DNA of 64,000 bases from Dehalococcoidia bacterium (lineage in GTDB: Bacteria > Chloroflexota > Dehalococcoidia > Dehalococcoidales > RBG-16-60-22). The position numbers were made by a program, and so were the translations under genes. Shown in pieces: positions 47,414 to 56,783 of this stretch. Location: assembly GCA_011192005.1 (NCBI GenBank), contig DUFB01000065.1:16843-80842 (forward strand). Direction: 5' to 3'. The notes beneath the pieces are model-generated. The model worked only from the letters and a program-made list of their open reading frames with translations, did no database searches and was not told the origin of the DNA. The stretch's first letter is position 1. Each line of letters opens with the position of its first letter.

Positions 47414-49441
47414 TCAAATTCTCGTCTTTTTGTTGTTGATATAGTCGACAATAATGTACTTACCTAGGTCACCGGGGGAAGTAAAAAAGACCCTTCCCTT
47501 GTTCAAGCGCGCCATCCTGTCAACAAACATATTGAAAATATCCCGGCTGGGCAGCATGAAGGTATTGATAACGATACCTGCCCGCGTGCAGTTTTTAACT
47601 TCCTTTAAAGTCACGTCGATACAGCGCTGGGTGGTGGGCAGGTGAAAGACAATGCGGCCGTTTTCAATGTGCGACGTGGGTTGCCCGTCGGAAATCATGA
47701 TAATCTGCTTGTTGGTGCTGCGGTCTTTTTCGAGTATCTTACGGGCAAGCATAAATCCGTGCTGCATGTTGGTATAAGGAGTAAAATCATCCCAGGTAAT
47801 ATAGGTGAGTTCTTCCGGGGTCATGCGCCGGGCGATGCTGGAGAATCCCAGGATATAAAGGCTGTCTTTTGGAAATTTGCCGGTTATCAAGGAGTTAAGA
47901 GCAATTGAGACTATTTTCGCCGCTTCGAAATTCCCGCCCATCCTCATCGATAGACTCATATCCAGCATCATGACTGTGGCAGAACGGGTTCTCTGTTCCT
48001 GCCGAAAAATTTCGAAGTCTTCGACCTCCAGCTTCACCGGAACCTGCTTCTCACGAAGCAAAGCGTTGGTAAAGGTTCTTTCCAGGTTCAGATCAAAATC
48101 ATCCCCGAACTCATACCGCTTCGTTTCATCGATTCTTTCACCGCCGTTACCCCGCTGCCGGATATCATGGCTGCCGCTGCGATCTTTCTTCAGGCTGGCA
48201 AATACTGTATTCAGGGCTTTTTCCCCTATTTTCCTCATGCCGCGCGGTGTCAGCTCATACCTGCCCTTTCTCTTGCGGATGTAGCCGGCATCCTCCAAGA
48301 TTTTTGTAATACTACGCATCTGCCTCAGCTCTTCCGCAGCAGTATCCCCGAGCAACTCCCTGAGCAACTCTTCATCAATTTCGTCCGTAGAATCAGTAAT
48401 CCGGGAGTCCATGAACTGGTCTTCGAGGGTATCCATTTTCTGGAGTTGTTCCATCAATTTAAGAGCTTCCTGGTAGGAAAGTGATTCTTCTCCCGAAAAA
48501 GGATACCGCTGCGGTGTCAACCAGCCGGGGTCCAGCGTCTCCAGGTTAGCCATCATCTTTCCCATCTCGTACTTGGTGGACTCATCCAGCATGGAGTCGA
48601 TAAGGTCCTGGAGTTCCTGACGGTCGGCGGGCGAAAGGCTTTCCATCAACGACTGCGCCTGCGCAATCTGGTTCTGCAGATACTCAATCAGTTCATCGAG
48701 GTTTTTAGGGGGGTTCGGCCCGAAGAAGTTTCCAAACCGGTCCATAAAGCCCCGAAAATCCGGCTCTTCGCCTCTCCTTCTGGCTTCCAGCATCTGGTTG
48801 ATAGCCTCGATAAAATGCCTCATAGCAGCCAGGGAATTAGCGTCCATATTCTGCAGTTTCTGGGTCATTTCCCGGGCGAAGGAAGACATGGCGTTTCTTT
48901 TGAGCATGTCCATAAGCTCCTGGAACTGGCGCCGTGCCTCCTCATCCATAAACTCATACTGGCTGAGTTCTTTTATCCTCCCGCCGGTATCCGGAGGCAG
49001 GTTATCCAATTTCTCCGCGTTCCTGGTAGCGCGCTCCTCAACGTTTTTCAGCAGTTTCTCACGTACTTCCCGGTTCAGCTCCTGACTTCTACCAGCTGAC
49101 TTCTGCCTGGCCGAATCGAGCCTTTCTTGGATGCCTTTCCTCTCCATCTGGACAATTTCATCGAGTCTTTTGCGTATGTCGTCCATTATCGAGTTCAGCT
49201 TATATTTTTCCAGATGTTCCTGACGACGCTGGCGTAGCCTTTCCAGGAATTCCCGGAGACTGGGCAAACGCCTTCCCTGGCGGTCCATGAGACCTTCGCG
49301 CTGCATCATGCGGAGAGCTTCAGCAAGGTCGCCGTCATACATCAGGTTCCGCTGCAGCTCATCCATCAAGGCATCGGCATTCGGCTCGAAAATATTCTGC
49401 GTGCCGTCCCACTCCGAATAGCGATAGTTTTCCATCATCAA
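47414..49441 (-). CDS. Large helical protein with C-terminal von Willebrand factor A domain
   Basis: 675 aa. MIDAS DMSLS in VMMLDMSLSM, downstream IIMISDGQPT. The N-terminal ~450 aa are acidic and helical. Confidence 0.75.
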   Translation of the reverse strand: MMMENYRYSEWDGTQNIFEPNADALMDELQRNLMYDGDLAEALRMMQREGLMDRQGRRLPSLREFLERLRQRRQEHLEKYKLNSIMDDIRKRLDEIVQMERKGIQERLDSARQKSAGRSQELNREVREKLLKNVEERATRNAEKLDNLPPDTGGRIKELSQYEFMDEEARRQFQELMDMLKRNAMSSFAREMTQKLQNMDANSLAAMRHFIEAINQMLEARRRGEEPDFRGFMDRFGNFFGPNPPKNLDELIEYLQNQIAQAQSLMESLSPADRQELQDLIDSMLDESTKYEMGKMMANLETLDPGWLTPQRYPFSGEESLSYQEALKLMEQLQKMDTLEDQFMDSRITDSTDEIDEELLRELLGDTAAEELRQMRSITKILEDAGYIRKRKGRYELTPRGMRKIGEKALNTVFASLKKDRSGSHDIRQRGNGGERIDETKRYEFGDDFDLNLERTFTNALLREKQVPVKLEVEDFEIFRQEQRTRSATVMMLDMSLSMRMGGNFEAAKIVSIALNSLITGKFPKDSLYILGFSSIARRMTPEELTYITWDDFTPYTNMQHGFMLARKILEKDRSTNKQIIMISDGQPTSHIENGRIVFHLPTTQRCIDVTLKEVKNCTRAGIVINTFMLPSRDIFNMFVDRMARLNKGRVFFTSPGDLGKYIIVDYINNKKTRI

Positions 49442-50964
49442 TTCCCGTAAACGGTCTTACCTGCCAGTCTTATCTTGTTTAACCTCTTGTTCAGGTGTAG
49501 TCCCTCAAAGATGAATTCCATTATCGATGCCTGTATCTCCGGGGATTCTTCTTTAGTCATTTTTTTCATTACTTTTAGCAGCCCCGGGATTTCTTTGTAA
49601 TAATTTATGTAAGATTTAGCACTCATGCTATCCGAGGTCTCCACACTGAATCCGTCATCGAAGGGCTTAATAATACTATCAAGGTCTTCAGCCCGGTAAT
49701 ACCGGTTAAACACACTGAGTGTCGCCTTCCTGACGAGGTCGGTAATAATTTTCTGCTCGTTCTTGTCTTCAAAGCCCTCCAGTTCCACCTTGCCGGTTGT
49801 GGAGGCAACGATGTACGGCAGGTCGCTGATGCGGGGCACAGCCAGTTTTTCATTCAGCGTGACAGCCCGTCTGATAGCATTGGAGACCACCGTCTCCAGG
49901 TTGGTAATAGAGACCCTCACACTGACCCCGGAACTCTGGCCAATATCCGGACTCCTTCTGGCCTGGTGAGTTATTTCAGCGATAACTTCTTTAATATAGT
50001 CCGGAATGCTAAAGCTAACATCACCGTCTTTAAATTGCTGCCATTCCTGCTCGACGATGGTGATTTCATCCCTGACCGAGACGGGGTAATGGGTGCGGAT
50101 TTGTGCCCCGAAACGGTCTTTGAGCGGGGTTATTATCCTGCCGCGATTGGTATAATCCTCGGGATTGGCACTGGCAACGAGCATGATATCCAGGGGCAAT
50201 CTTACCCGGTAGCCCTTAATCTGGATATCCGCCTCTTCCATGAGGTTAAAGAGCCCTACCTGTAGCCTTTCCGCCAGATCAGGCAACTCATTGATGCAGA
50301 ATATACCGCGGTTCGTCCGGGGAATAATCCCGTAGTGCATGGTCAGCTCATCGGATAAATACCGGCCTTCAGCAACCTTGATAGGGTCGACATCACCAAT
50401 GAGGTCAGCAATAGTAATGTCAGGCGTGGCCAGCTTCTCTCCGTACCTGTCCTGCCGGGATAACCAGGCGATTTCCGTGGCGTCCCCGTCCCGGGCGACC
50501 CTGTCCCGGCAGGCCCTGCATATCGGGTAGAGCGGGTCATCATTGATTTCACAACCACGTATTACCGGTATTTCTTCGTCCAGCAGGTCGACCAGCTGGC
50601 GCATAATCCGTGATTTCGCCTGCCCTCTTTCACCCAGGAAGATTATATTCTGACCGGAGATAACCGCATTCTCTACCTGCGGAATGACGGTATTATTATA
50701 GCCAATGATACCGGGAAAGACAGCCTTTTTTGCCTTGATCGACGCAATGAGATTACGCCTCATTTCTTCTTTTACAGATACGGATTTGTATCCAGAGGCT
50801 TTCAACTCACCGAGTGTATCAGGCTTCTGGGATACAGGGGAAATATCAGAGCTCTTCGTCTGGCTGTATGATGCCGGCTGTTTTTCCGTAGGGGAAGTAG
50901 AAATTTTAACGTTCGATGTGGCATCCTTATTTTCTTTTTTCTGTCTTTTAAAGAGAAATCCCAT
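49438..50964 (-). CDS. ChlI/MoxR-like AAA+ ATPase
   Basis: 508 aa. FLGERGQAKSR Walker A variant, GIFCINELPDL Walker B, ASANPEDY, PLKDRFG. Its stop overlaps the vWA gene start (ATGA). Confidence 0.75.
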   Translation of the reverse strand: MGFLFKRQKKENKDATSNVKISTSPTEKQPASYSQTKSSDISPVSQKPDTLGELKASGYKSVSVKEEMRRNLIASIKAKKAVFPGIIGYNNTVIPQVENAVISGQNIIFLGERGQAKSRIMRQLVDLLDEEIPVIRGCEINDDPLYPICRACRDRVARDGDATEIAWLSRQDRYGEKLATPDITIADLIGDVDPIKVAEGRYLSDELTMHYGIIPRTNRGIFCINELPDLAERLQVGLFNLMEEADIQIKGYRVRLPLDIMLVASANPEDYTNRGRIITPLKDRFGAQIRTHYPVSVRDEITIVEQEWQQFKDGDVSFSIPDYIKEVIAEITHQARRSPDIGQSSGVSVRVSITNLETVVSNAIRRAVTLNEKLAVPRISDLPYIVASTTGKVELEGFEDKNEQKIITDLVRKATLSVFNRYYRAEDLDSIIKPFDDGFSVETSDSMSAKSYINYYKEIPGLLKVMKKMTKEESPEIQASIMEFIFEGLHLNKRLNKIRLAGKTVYGN

Positions 50965-51221
50965 AGATAATACCTTTTCCTTTTTTGTTGAACAGTCGAC
51001 TCCGGAGTGACTTTTTCCCTTCCAATAAGGATACGGGAAATGAGTTTTGAAGCAATTTCTTGATCAATACCCGGGAGGCCGGCTTACATTAAATAATAAC
51101 CCTATATTTAAGTATAAGCACGGTTCTAAAAACGTGTCAATTATAATATTATGCACCGACAGGATAGTTTTTGCCACATCGTTCCGATGAAACCGTGACT
51201 TATCGCAATGATAGAGAGATA

Positions 51222-52634
51222 TCAGCGGTAGCGGGTGGTCTTGCCGCGGGAGGACGAACGCTTCTTTCCGGCCCGCCTATCGCCGCGGTAGTCCGGCGCC
51301 ATGATATTGAAGGGTACGCTGGTCTGGCTATCGACGAGGCGGGAACTGATAGCATCGGGGACCTCGCCGAGAAGCTCATCGAAGGAATAGCGGGTGGTCA
51401 CCACAGTGGGCAGGCGGCCGTTATAGCGATAATTGAGCATCTGGTACATCTTCTCGTTTGCCCAAGGGGTGGTCGATTGCTCACCGAAATCATCCAGCAC
51501 TAAAAGCGGGGCCGTCTTGACGCTTTCAAAAACATCATCGTAGGACACCTTGCTGTCGGGACTAAAGGTAGAGCGAAGGTGGTCGAGGAACTCCGGGACG
51601 ACGATGAACAAGGCCGGTTTGCCTGCCTCATAACGATAGTTTACGATAGCGGCAGCTAGGTGAGTTTTTCCACATCCCGTCTGTCCCATGAAGACCAGCC
51701 ATCCTTCAGGATTTTTGGCGAAATCAAAGGCGACTCGATAGGCTTCGTCGAGGTTGTCCTGCTGTTCCAGAGACAGGTTATTACGTCGTTTGAAATTGAC
51801 AAAAGTCATGCCCTGCTGGAGCTTGAACTCCGGTCCCCAGCCGTATTCCGACGCCTGGTGCTCCTCTTCGAGGATATAGACGCGGCACAAACGGGGATCG
51901 GTCAGGCGAGTTTTGAGTCTTTCGTCCATCTGCTCCAGAGGGGTGATGGCAACCACCACCGTGGGCAGTTCGCCGTTGAAACGGGCGGTCAGAAGCTGGT
52001 CTAATTTCTCCTTAGCCCAGGCGGTGGCGCTCTGCGCGCCAAGGTCATCGAGAACGAGCAGCGGGGCGTTGCGTACCTGCTCGAAAAACTCATCGTAAGG
52101 AACCTCGCTATCGGCCGTAAAGGACGTTCTCAGCCGGTCGAGAAGGTCGGGTACGGAGATGTAGTAGGCCGGGTGCCCCTGTGCTATCCTTTCGTTGGCG
52201 ATAGCCGCCGCCAGATGGGTCTTACCGCTGCCGCTAGCACCGCCGAGTACCAGCCAGCCAGCGGGATTAGCAGCAAACTCTCTGGCGGCCTCGCAGGCGG
52301 CTTTAAACTTGGCCTGGTTGGCGGGATTGCCGCTCTTTCCTAGGGGCTCGAGGTTTTCGAACATCAGGCGCGTCAGCGAGCCCAGGTTGCTGTACTGGAT
52401 AAAACGGGAATGCCTTTCGTCATCAAGTTCTTTTCGGGTGCAGGGACAGCGTACGACGCGGCTGTAGTCCGGCTTCCCGGAGGGCAGCAACGGGTGGATG
52501 ATGCCCGCGCCCTTACAGATGGTACAGTCCGGACTGGCCGGGGAGGTTTCATCATCTTCGGACCATGTGTCCGTATTTTCCCTTGATGTACTTGTCCGGG
52601 TCTGTCTTTTTAGGATGTCGCTGATGTGTTCCAT
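51222..52634 (-). CDS. DnaC/DnaI-like helicase loader with N-terminal zinc ribbon and two tandem AAA+ modules
   Basis: Start at the ATG at 52634 (GGAAGG RBS). CTICKGAG...RCPC. Module 1: GGASGSGKTHLAAAI ... LLVLDDLG. Module 2: GQTGCGKTHLAAAI ... LLVLDDFG. Confidence 0.75.
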   Translation of the reverse strand: MEHISDILKRQTRTSTSRENTDTWSEDDETSPASPDCTICKGAGIIHPLLPSGKPDYSRVVRCPCTRKELDDERHSRFIQYSNLGSLTRLMFENLEPLGKSGNPANQAKFKAACEAAREFAANPAGWLVLGGASGSGKTHLAAAIANERIAQGHPAYYISVPDLLDRLRTSFTADSEVPYDEFFEQVRNAPLLVLDDLGAQSATAWAKEKLDQLLTARFNGELPTVVVAITPLEQMDERLKTRLTDPRLCRVYILEEEHQASEYGWGPEFKLQQGMTFVNFKRRNNLSLEQQDNLDEAYRVAFDFAKNPEGWLVFMGQTGCGKTHLAAAIVNYRYEAGKPALFIVVPEFLDHLRSTFSPDSKVSYDDVFESVKTAPLLVLDDFGEQSTTPWANEKMYQMLNYRYNGRLPTVVTTRYSFDELLGEVPDAISSRLVDSQTSVPFNIMAPDYRGDRRAGKKRSSSRGKTTRYR

Positions 52635-53265
52635 CGTTTTTACCTTCCGCCGCCCAGTTTTCCAGTATCTTGAGTATATATTTAATATTGCGCTTGTTAT
52701 ACAGTACCGCCTCTTTAACGGCGTCGTTAATCCATTCCGCGGGATAAAGCTTCTCGGCTTCGCTGAGTTCGTCGGCAATCATGGGAGTCAAGATGCCGAT
52801 ATTCTCTTCATAGAGAGTAAAGATATCCGGGACTTCATCAGGGGGAACATATTTTTTACCCGATTTTTTAAGTCCGGTAAGCTCAAGTTCTCCACTCTCG
52901 ACCTGCTCAATTAGCTGGCGATTTGAAGTCGTATTCAGGAAAAAGATATCTTCGGAGGTGCCGTCCTTTTCCACCGCAATGGACAGAAGCGTCCCGCGAC
53001 TGACCGCCTTTTCCAGGGATTTTTGCAGGGTTGATTCCGAAGATTCGTCTTTAGTTTTCAATCCTGCCATGAGGCTCTCGTTAGCCAGGAGTTCCTGGCG
53101 GGAGACATAGCGGGGATAGCCTTTTTTACGGGATAACATCGCCAGGACGTGCAGGGTGGTCTTGAGCTCCGCTAAATCGTCGATTTGCGGCAGCAGACCG
53201 CTGAAAAAAACATTGGGCAGAGCCGTATATTCGGTCCTGGCGGGAAAACCATCGAACTTCTTCAT
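52552..53265 (-). CDS. DnaD-domain replication initiation/replisome organiser protein
   Basis: C-terminal IFTLYEENIGILTPMIADELSEAEKLYPAEWINDAVKEAVLYNKRNIKYILKILENW (DnaD domain). ATGA overlap with the dnaB stop. Confidence 0.75.
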   Translation of the reverse strand: MKKFDGFPARTEYTALPNVFFSGLLPQIDDLAELKTTLHVLAMLSRKKGYPRYVSRQELLANESLMAGLKTKDESSESTLQKSLEKAVSRGTLLSIAVEKDGTSEDIFFLNTTSNRQLIEQVESGELELTGLKKSGKKYVPPDEVPDIFTLYEENIGILTPMIADELSEAEKLYPAEWINDAVKEAVLYNKRNIKYILKILENWAAEGKNDGTHQRHPKKTDPDKYIKGKYGHMVRR

Positions 53266-54635
53266 AGCATACTCGGCTCCCCGCTGCTGATGCTTTCAAA
53301 TCTTGCCAGGCTGTGCCGGAAGCGCAGCTTAACGCGACCGGTGGGGCCGTTGCGGTGCTTGGCAATGATAACATCGGCTTCCTCACGGGGGTATTCACGG
53401 TCGGGATGGACGGCAATCCATTCCTCTTCTGTCTTATAGTAATACTCATCGCGATAGATAAAGAGGACAACATCGGCGTCCTGCTCGATGCTGCCGCTCT
53501 CACGGAGATCGGAGAGCTGGGGCTCGTGGGAGGCGCGCCACTCCACGGCGCGGCTTAGCTGCGAGACCGCCAGCACGGGGGCATTAAGCTCGCGGGCCAG
53601 TGCCTTGAGCGAACGCGAGATATAGCTGATTTCGTTGACGCGGTTCTCGTTTCTACCCTCGCCCTGCATGAGCTGGAGATAGTCGATAATGACCATATCA
53701 ACCCCGCGTTCGAAGTTAAGACGGAGGGCCTTGCTGCGCATCTCCGCCATGCGAATCATCGGGGTATCATCAACGTAAATGGGAGACTCGGAGAGGATGC
53801 CGGTTGCCTCCATTACCTGTCTTTCTTCATCCTCGGTGTGCGAGCCAAACCGCACGCGACGGGAATTGACGCCGGACTCGCTGGAAAGGAGACGCATTAC
53901 AAGCGAATCGCGAGCCATTTCCAGGCTGAAGAGGGCAACGCAGGCGCGGTGCTCCACGGCGGCATTCCGGGCAATATTTAACGCCAGACTGGTCTTGCCC
54001 ATGCTGGGTCGACCGGCGATGATGACGAGGTCGGCACGCTGGAAGCCCCCGAGAAATTCGTCGAGACCGGGAAAGCTGGAAAGCACGTAGGGCAGATGCT
54101 CGACGCGTCCTTCGATGAGTGGAGGGGGCTCCTCGAAATACTTGTCCAGCACCTGACGGATATGCGTGAGTTCGCCGGCACCCTGGGTACGGCGCAGTCC
54201 AAAGAGGATGCTCTCCGCTTTAGCGAGGCTTTCTTCAACATCGGGGCTGGACTGATAGCCGATGGCGGTGATTTTGTCGCCGGCGGAAATCATCTGACGC
54301 ATGACCGAAAGCCGGTAGACGATGCGGGCGTAATGCTCGATGTCCATCGAGGTGGGACAGATGGATATCAGATAACTCAGATGAGCGGCACCGCCGCATG
54401 ATTCCAGGCGCTGCTGGTGTGACAGCTCCTGCGCCAGGGTAATCTGGTTGATGGCTTCATCACGCTGGTAAAGCGCCATGCAGCCTTCGAAGAGCCAGCG
54501 GTTCTGCTCGAAGTAGAAATCATGCGGCTGGAGGAAGTCGGTAATCTGGAAAATGGCGGCACCATCAATCAACAGCGAGCCGATAACCGCTTCCTCGGCA
54601 TCGGAATCATTGGGCGGTAACCTGGCTTCATTCAC
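53262..54635 (-). CDS. dnaB: Replicative DNA helicase
   Basis: 457 aa. PPNDSDAEEAVIGSLL, GRPSMGKTSLALN Walker A, IIDYLQLM, SQLSRAVE, IAKHRNGPTG. Confidence 0.95.
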   Translation of the reverse strand: MNEARLPPNDSDAEEAVIGSLLIDGAAIFQITDFLQPHDFYFEQNRWLFEGCMALYQRDEAINQITLAQELSHQQRLESCGGAAHLSYLISICPTSMDIEHYARIVYRLSVMRQMISAGDKITAIGYQSSPDVEESLAKAESILFGLRRTQGAGELTHIRQVLDKYFEEPPPLIEGRVEHLPYVLSSFPGLDEFLGGFQRADLVIIAGRPSMGKTSLALNIARNAAVEHRACVALFSLEMARDSLVMRLLSSESGVNSRRVRFGSHTEDEERQVMEATGILSESPIYVDDTPMIRMAEMRSKALRLNFERGVDMVIIDYLQLMQGEGRNENRVNEISYISRSLKALARELNAPVLAVSQLSRAVEWRASHEPQLSDLRESGSIEQDADVVLFIYRDEYYYKTEEEWIAVHPDREYPREEADVIIAKHRNGPTGRVKLRFRHSLARFESISSGEPSML

Positions 54636-55377
54636 CCGATTCTTTCTCCTCTACCTTTTCCTCGGCTTTCTTCGTCGACTTTTTCTTAACTTTAGGTTTT
54701 TTTACTTTACTTTCAGTTTCCTCTGCCTTCGCCTCAGCTTCTTCAGTTTTTACGTCGGCAACTTCCGATTCTTCCAGCTTCAATACCAGCTTTTCTCCCT
54801 CGGCTTCTGCCTCCTCAGCCAAGACTTCCGCTTCTTCAGCAGCTATAGCCTCTTCCTGAGCTTTCTTGGCCCTGCGAGCCCGGGGCTTCTTCTCTTCTTT
54901 AGCCTCTTTTTCCGCGGCTTCAGGAGCGGCTTCCTCCGCTTCGACCAATACTTTTATGGCAGCATTGATATCATGCGTGAATTTCAGAGTTACTTCATGA
55001 ACGCCCAACTGACGAATCGGCTCTTCAAGGTCAACCTTCCTTTTATCGATAGCCTGTCCAACCATATTACCGAGTTCGGCGGCAATATCGGCGGCGGTTA
55101 CCGAGCCGTAGAGTCGTTCTTTTTCACCGGCTTTAGCCCGGATGGTTATCTCGGTGCCGTCGAGTCTGGCGGCTATCTCCTTCATTTCCGCTTCGGCCTG
55201 GGCACGCCTAGCTAGAACCTGCTTCATCTGCGCCTTAAGGATATTTGAAGCCGCCGAGTCAGCCAGGACCGCCAGCTTCTTCGGCAGCAGATAATTCCTG
55301 CCGTAGCCGTCAGCTACCTCTTTAGTTTCTCCAGCCAGGGCTACATCAGGAACATCCTCAATAAATACAACTTTCAC
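54628..55377 (-). CDS. rplI: 50S ribosomal protein L9 with a ~100-aa E/A/K-rich C-terminal extension
   Basis: MKVVFIEDV...GYGRNYLLPKKLA is a canonical L9 N-terminus. The ORF runs to 249 aa. Confidence 0.85.
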   Translation of the reverse strand: MKVVFIEDVPDVALAGETKEVADGYGRNYLLPKKLAVLADSAASNILKAQMKQVLARRAQAEAEMKEIAARLDGTEITIRAKAGEKERLYGSVTAADIAAELGNMVGQAIDKRKVDLEEPIRQLGVHEVTLKFTHDINAAIKVLVEAEEAAPEAAEKEAKEEKKPRARRAKKAQEEAIAAEEAEVLAEEAEAEGEKLVLKLEESEVADVKTEEAEAKAEETESKVKKPKVKKKSTKKAEEKVEEKESGE

Positions 55378-55487
55378 AACGGGTACTCCTTAAAATGATT
55401 ACTGCTAATTATACTGCAAAACGAAAAAAAATCTCCAATATTTTCCGTCTCACAACGTCATGGATTTCGGGTATTTTTTGTTAAATT

Positions 55488-56426
55488 TTATAGACCGGCA
55501 ATATATCTGTCAGCGTTAATGGCGGCGACAGCGCCGTCGCCGGTGGCGGCAATCACCTGGCGGACAGAGCCACTGCGGATATCACCAGCAGCGAAAACGC
55601 CGCGAACACTGGTGGCCATCTGGGCATCGGTGACGATAGAATTATTTTTATCCAGCTCCAGGGCACCTTTGAGGAAGTCGGTATTGGCTTTAAAACCAAC
55701 ACCCATAAAGACACCGGCAACATTTAGAGTAGATTTTTTCTTGGTCTTTACGTTGCTGACCTTTACCTTCTCGACGAAAGTATCACCGGTAATCTCATCA
55801 ACGACGCTATCCCAGAGGATTTTTATCTTGGGCTCGGCCAAAGCCCTTTCCTGCAGTATTTTGGTAGCGCGAAGCTCGTCACGGCGGTGTATCACGGTGA
55901 TTTTAGAGGCGAATTTGGTGAGTTCGAGAGCCTCGGTAATGGCGACGTTACCGCCGCCGACCACCACCACCGGTTTGTCCCTGAAGAAAGCACCATCACA
56001 GGTAGCGCAGTAAGATACCCCCTTGCCGGTGTATTCGGCTTCGCCGGGGACGCCGAGCTTCTGTCTTTCTAGGCCGATGGCGATGATGACGGCTTTGGCA
56101 GCAAAGCTTCCCCCGGATGTTTCAACCGTTTTTTGCTTGCCCGTGAGTTTAACGCCGGTAACATCAGCAAGCAGAGTTTCCAGTCCGAACTTCTCCGCCT
56201 GCTTGTGCATCGCCGCGGTAAGGTCGAGACCGCTGACGCCGTCGGGAAAGCCCGGATAATTCTCCACCCACTCCGTGTTGAGAATCTGGCCACCGACAGC
56301 CCCCCTCTCGATGAGGATATTTTTGAGTCTGGCCCTGGCGGCGTAAACACCAGCACCAAGCCCGGCAGGACCGCCACCGATAATGATAACATCGTATTTC
56401 TTCGGGGATTTATTCATCAGACTCAC
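55488..56426 (-). CDS. trxB: Thioredoxin-disulfide reductase
   Basis: IIIGGGPAGLGAG, CATCDG redox centre, VVGGGNVA NADPH site. Confidence 0.9.
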   Translation of the reverse strand: MSLMNKSPKKYDVIIIGGGPAGLGAGVYAARARLKNILIERGAVGGQILNTEWVENYPGFPDGVSGLDLTAAMHKQAEKFGLETLLADVTGVKLTGKQKTVETSGGSFAAKAVIIAIGLERQKLGVPGEAEYTGKGVSYCATCDGAFFRDKPVVVVGGGNVAITEALELTKFASKITVIHRRDELRATKILQERALAEPKIKILWDSVVDEITGDTFVEKVKVSNVKTKKKSTLNVAGVFMGVGFKANTDFLKGALELDKNNSIVTDAQMATSVRGVFAAGDIRSGSVRQVIAATGDGAVAAINADRYIAGL

Positions 56427-56456
56427 CTTGCAATCGGTTCGACTCTCTACCCGAGA

Positions 56457-56783
56457 TTACAGAGCCTCGTCAATACTCTTCTTCAACTCGTTCTTGGGTC
56501 TGAAGCCGACGACATTGGAAACCGGTTTGCCGTCCTTAAAAAGTATCAGGGTAGGGATACTCATGATACCGTACTGGCTGGCAACCTGGGGGCAATTATC
56601 AACGTTTACCTTGACAAAGTTCACTTTCTCGCCGTAATCCTCCGCCAGCTCCTCTACCACTGGCGCGACCATTTTGCAGGGACCGCACCACGGCGCCCAG
56701 AAGTCGACCAGTACCGGCGTCGACGCCTTTAAAACCGCTTCTTCAAATTTCGCTTCTTCAATCTCCACTGGTTTGCTCATCAT
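56457..56783 (-). CDS. trxA: Thioredoxin
   Basis: 108 aa with the WAPWCGPCK active site. Confidence 0.9.
   Translation of the reverse strand: MMSKPVEIEEAKFEEAVLKASTPVLVDFWAPWCGPCKMVAPVVEELAEDYGEKVNFVKVNVDNCPQVASQYGIMSIPTLILFKDGKPVSNVVGFRPKNELKKSIDEAL

Noticed and set aside
52635-52778. 48-codon N-terminal extension of the DnaC-like ORF
   Set aside because: It would overlap the dnaD-like gene by 227 nt. The ATG at 52634 has a GGAAGG RBS, and the extension has no loader-like sequence.
54553-55215. 220-aa Leu/Phe-rich plus-strand ORF
   Set aside because: It is a mirror image of the E/K/A-rich L9 tail on the other strand, a low-complexity artefact.
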